In this document: one piece after another, positions 54,203 through 55,594 of the stretch | How the letters are laid out: each line of letters begins with the position of its first letter | How positions within the stretch are numbered: the stretch's first letter is position 1 | Origin: a virus | Taxonomy: Duplodnaviria; Caudoviricetes | DNA length: 55,594 nt | Strand: one strand, 5' to 3' | IMG/VR virus record: IMGVR_UViG_3300006863_000002 | Location: 1 to 55,594 of that record | The notes under the pieces: generated by a model | The model's database searches: none | What the model was told of the DNA's origin: nothing | What the model saw: the letters and a program-made list of their open reading frames with translations, nothing else | Program-made: the position numbers and the translations under genes

Positions 54203-54307
54203 TCACCAAAAGCAACTGGCTGCTTTCAGCAGCATCGCCTCGTCGCTGGTGGATTTGGCTACATACCAGTAGCACCAGCTCCACAGATGCTCGTTTAACT
54301 GCTGCAT
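54203..54307 (-). CDS. 34-aa Trp/Tyr/Cys-rich micro-ORF
   Basis: AAAGGAG RBS, upstream TTGACA, downstream 9-bp hairpin; MQQLNEHLWSWCYWYVAKSTSDEAMLLKAASCFW. Confidence 0.5.
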   Translation of the reverse strand: MQQLNEHLWSWCYWYVAKSTSDEAMLLKAASCFW

Positions 54308-54336
54308 GGATCAAGCTCCTTTCGTTTCGATGACCG

Positions 54337-54365
54337 TTTATTTCATGTTAGGCCCATCGTGTCAA
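54337..54365 (-). promoter_or_regulatory. Putative promoter with ATGGGCCTAA in the spacer
   Basis: TTGACA-17 nt-AATAAA, same layout as 893-921. Confidence 0.5.
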
Positions 54366-54409
54366 TCCCTCTGGGCGAAGAAAAACGCAATCGGGCGCGT
54401 TTTAATGCG

Positions 54410-54497
54410 GATCGATCCCAGCGCCACAAAAACGGCCCTACATGCGCCGATCGATCCCTTCTGGTGCTATCCTACCCGATCGATCCCCGATCGATCC
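54410..54497. repeat. Four GATCGATCC copies
   Basis: Starting at 54410, 54449, 54478 and 54489. Confidence 0.85.
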
Positions 54498-54518
54498 TAC
54501 GGCCTTCCTTGTGGCTTG

Positions 54519-54599
54519 TGATGGGCCTAAAATTATTTTCCAAAATTATGCAGATTTTTCTTGCATTGTGATTTTTTATCTATATGCTTAGGCCCATCA
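54519..54599 (+). promoter_or_regulatory. Early promoter bracketed by inverted TGATGGGCCTAA / TTAGGCCCATCA sites
   Basis: TTGCAT (54561) ... TATGCT (54583) in an AT-rich block; 12-bp inverted arms at 54519-54530 and 54588-54599. Confidence 0.6.
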
Positions 54600-54683
54600 A
54601 AGCAATATTGCTTTGTGAGCCCTACCGGGTTCTGCTGTTTGAAATCGTGAACCCGATAGGGCCTTAACCAGCAGGAGCTAGTT

Positions 54684-55250
54684 ATGGTTTCTATCAATCT
54701 TTCGTTCGCAGGTCATTCAATCGACTCCAGCGCGCTGCCTTCCAACAGCCTAGAGCATCTGCTCCAGCTTGGCTTTTCAACTGCTATCAAAAATAGCATT
54801 GCAGGCGTGAAGGCCGGTATCATGGGCAATGGCGCGAATCCGTGGAGCGACGACGACATAGCGAACGAGTGCAATCGTTTCGGCATTTCACACAAATCTG
54901 AAACGGGGCGAGATGAGGAAACAGCCGCTGCCATTTGCGCGGCAATCCAGAAGGAAATGTTCGACAGCATTGTTTCTGGCGTTGCGCGAAAGGGTCGCGC
55001 CTCATCCCCCAGACTGTCCGACGACGACAAACTGCGTCAGGCCGTGGCGATTGAAATGCTTTCCAATATCGCCAAGGCCAAGGGCAAGGCATTGCCAAAG
55101 CGCAGCAAGCCCGACGAAAAGGCTGCTTTCGACGAAATGCTTTCCAAAGCACTCTCGAACGACAAGTTTGCCGCTGCCGTCGAAAAGGAATTTTTGGCGC
55201 GCAAGAAAAAGGCCGCGCAAGCAATCGACGGTCTCGACGATATCTTCTAA
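54684..55250 (+). CDS. First early gene; helical K/A-rich protein
   Basis: AGGAG RBS; ends AIDGLDDIF; followed by a terminator. Confidence 0.8.
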   Translation: MVSINLSFAGHSIDSSALPSNSLEHLLQLGFSTAIKNSIAGVKAGIMGNGANPWSDDDIANECNRFGISHKSETGRDEETAAAICAAIQKEMFDSIVSGVARKGRASSPRLSDDDKLRQAVAIEMLSNIAKAKGKALPKRSKPDEKAAFDEMLSKALSNDKFAAAVEKEFLARKKKAAQAIDGLDDIF

Positions 55251-55267
55251 TCGCGCGCAAGCGCAAC

Positions 55268-55299
55268 GCCCCGGCGGGTCAAACTGCCGGGGCTTTTTT
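55268..55299 (+). terminator. Rho-independent terminator
   Basis: GCCCCGGCGG-GTCAAA-CTGCCGGGGC-TTTTTT. Confidence 0.85.
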
Positions 55300-55424
55300 A
55301 TTGCTCCGGGCGATCCCGATTGAACCAACTGGCTTGCGCCGCGAGGCGCATTGGCGGCAAATGGTAAATGGCGGCAGTAAATGGTGGCAAATGGCTGGGG
55401 TTAATTAAATAGTGTAATGTTTAT

Positions 55425-55448
55425 CGCAAACATTTATTTTGGCCTATT
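55425..55448. repeat. Left arm of 24-bp inverted repeat spanning the junction
   Basis: CGCAAACATTTATTTTGGCCTATT. Confidence 0.9.
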
Positions 55449-55594
55449 ACCTTGTCAAATGGTCCTTAAATGGTTCTAACCTTAGGCCCCCCAGATACTG
55501 ACTCTCTAATGTGCTTAACCTCAAATCCACTTTTCCCCCTTTCTGGGGGTGACACGTTTAGTCTAGTATTTTTATATATTATATATACCTACTC

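Noticed and set aside
55578-55594. 17-bp end repeat as a biological terminal repeat or att site
   Set aside because: Most simply an assembly circularisation overlap; no integrase or host flanks are seen
1-55594. Stop-codon reassignment or temperate lifestyle
   Set aside because: Core genes are intact in the standard code and end in TAA, TAG or TGA; no integrase, CI/Cro pair or ParA seen, and the ParB domain is fused to an MTase

Overview
The window looks like a complete, circularly assembled ~55.6 kb tailed-phage genome; bases 1-17 recur at 55578-55594. It has a P22/Sf6-like podovirus structural module: PBSX-family terminase, portal, scaffold, P22-type coat, gp4- and gp10-like tail proteins and three ejection proteins. 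The + strand arm (54684 across the junction to 23496) carries small early genes, a mosaic accessory region and a recombination/replication module. That module includes a UvrD helicase, a Cas4/RecB-like nuclease, an AAA_24 ATPase, an SSB-like protein, a ParB-methyltransferase fusion, a split UDG-exonuclease/PolA and a DUF3987-like helicase. The - strand arm (53979 to 23526) carries lysis, fibre/spike and morphogenesis genes. I saw no integrase, CI-like repressor, RNA polymerase, tRNA or CRISPR array, so the phage is probably lytic, on a Gram-negative host (spanins), possibly alphaproteobacterial (weak inference). The most notable observation is an apparently captured fragment of a bacterial defence operon inside an array of shuffled Ead/Ea22-like modules. 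It consists of a CapW/BrxR-like WYL repressor, a 10-5-10 inverted-repeat operator and only the first ~18 codons of a nucleotidyltransferase. Also notable: an Acb2/Tad1-like sponge candidate, a PolA split inside its proofreading domain with His at the 762 position, a shared acidic C-terminal motif on about 8 proteins, three virion proteins sharing an N-terminal domain, signal peptides on structural-module proteins and a richly structured control region around the junction. All family assignments come from motifs recognised by eye, not from database searches.
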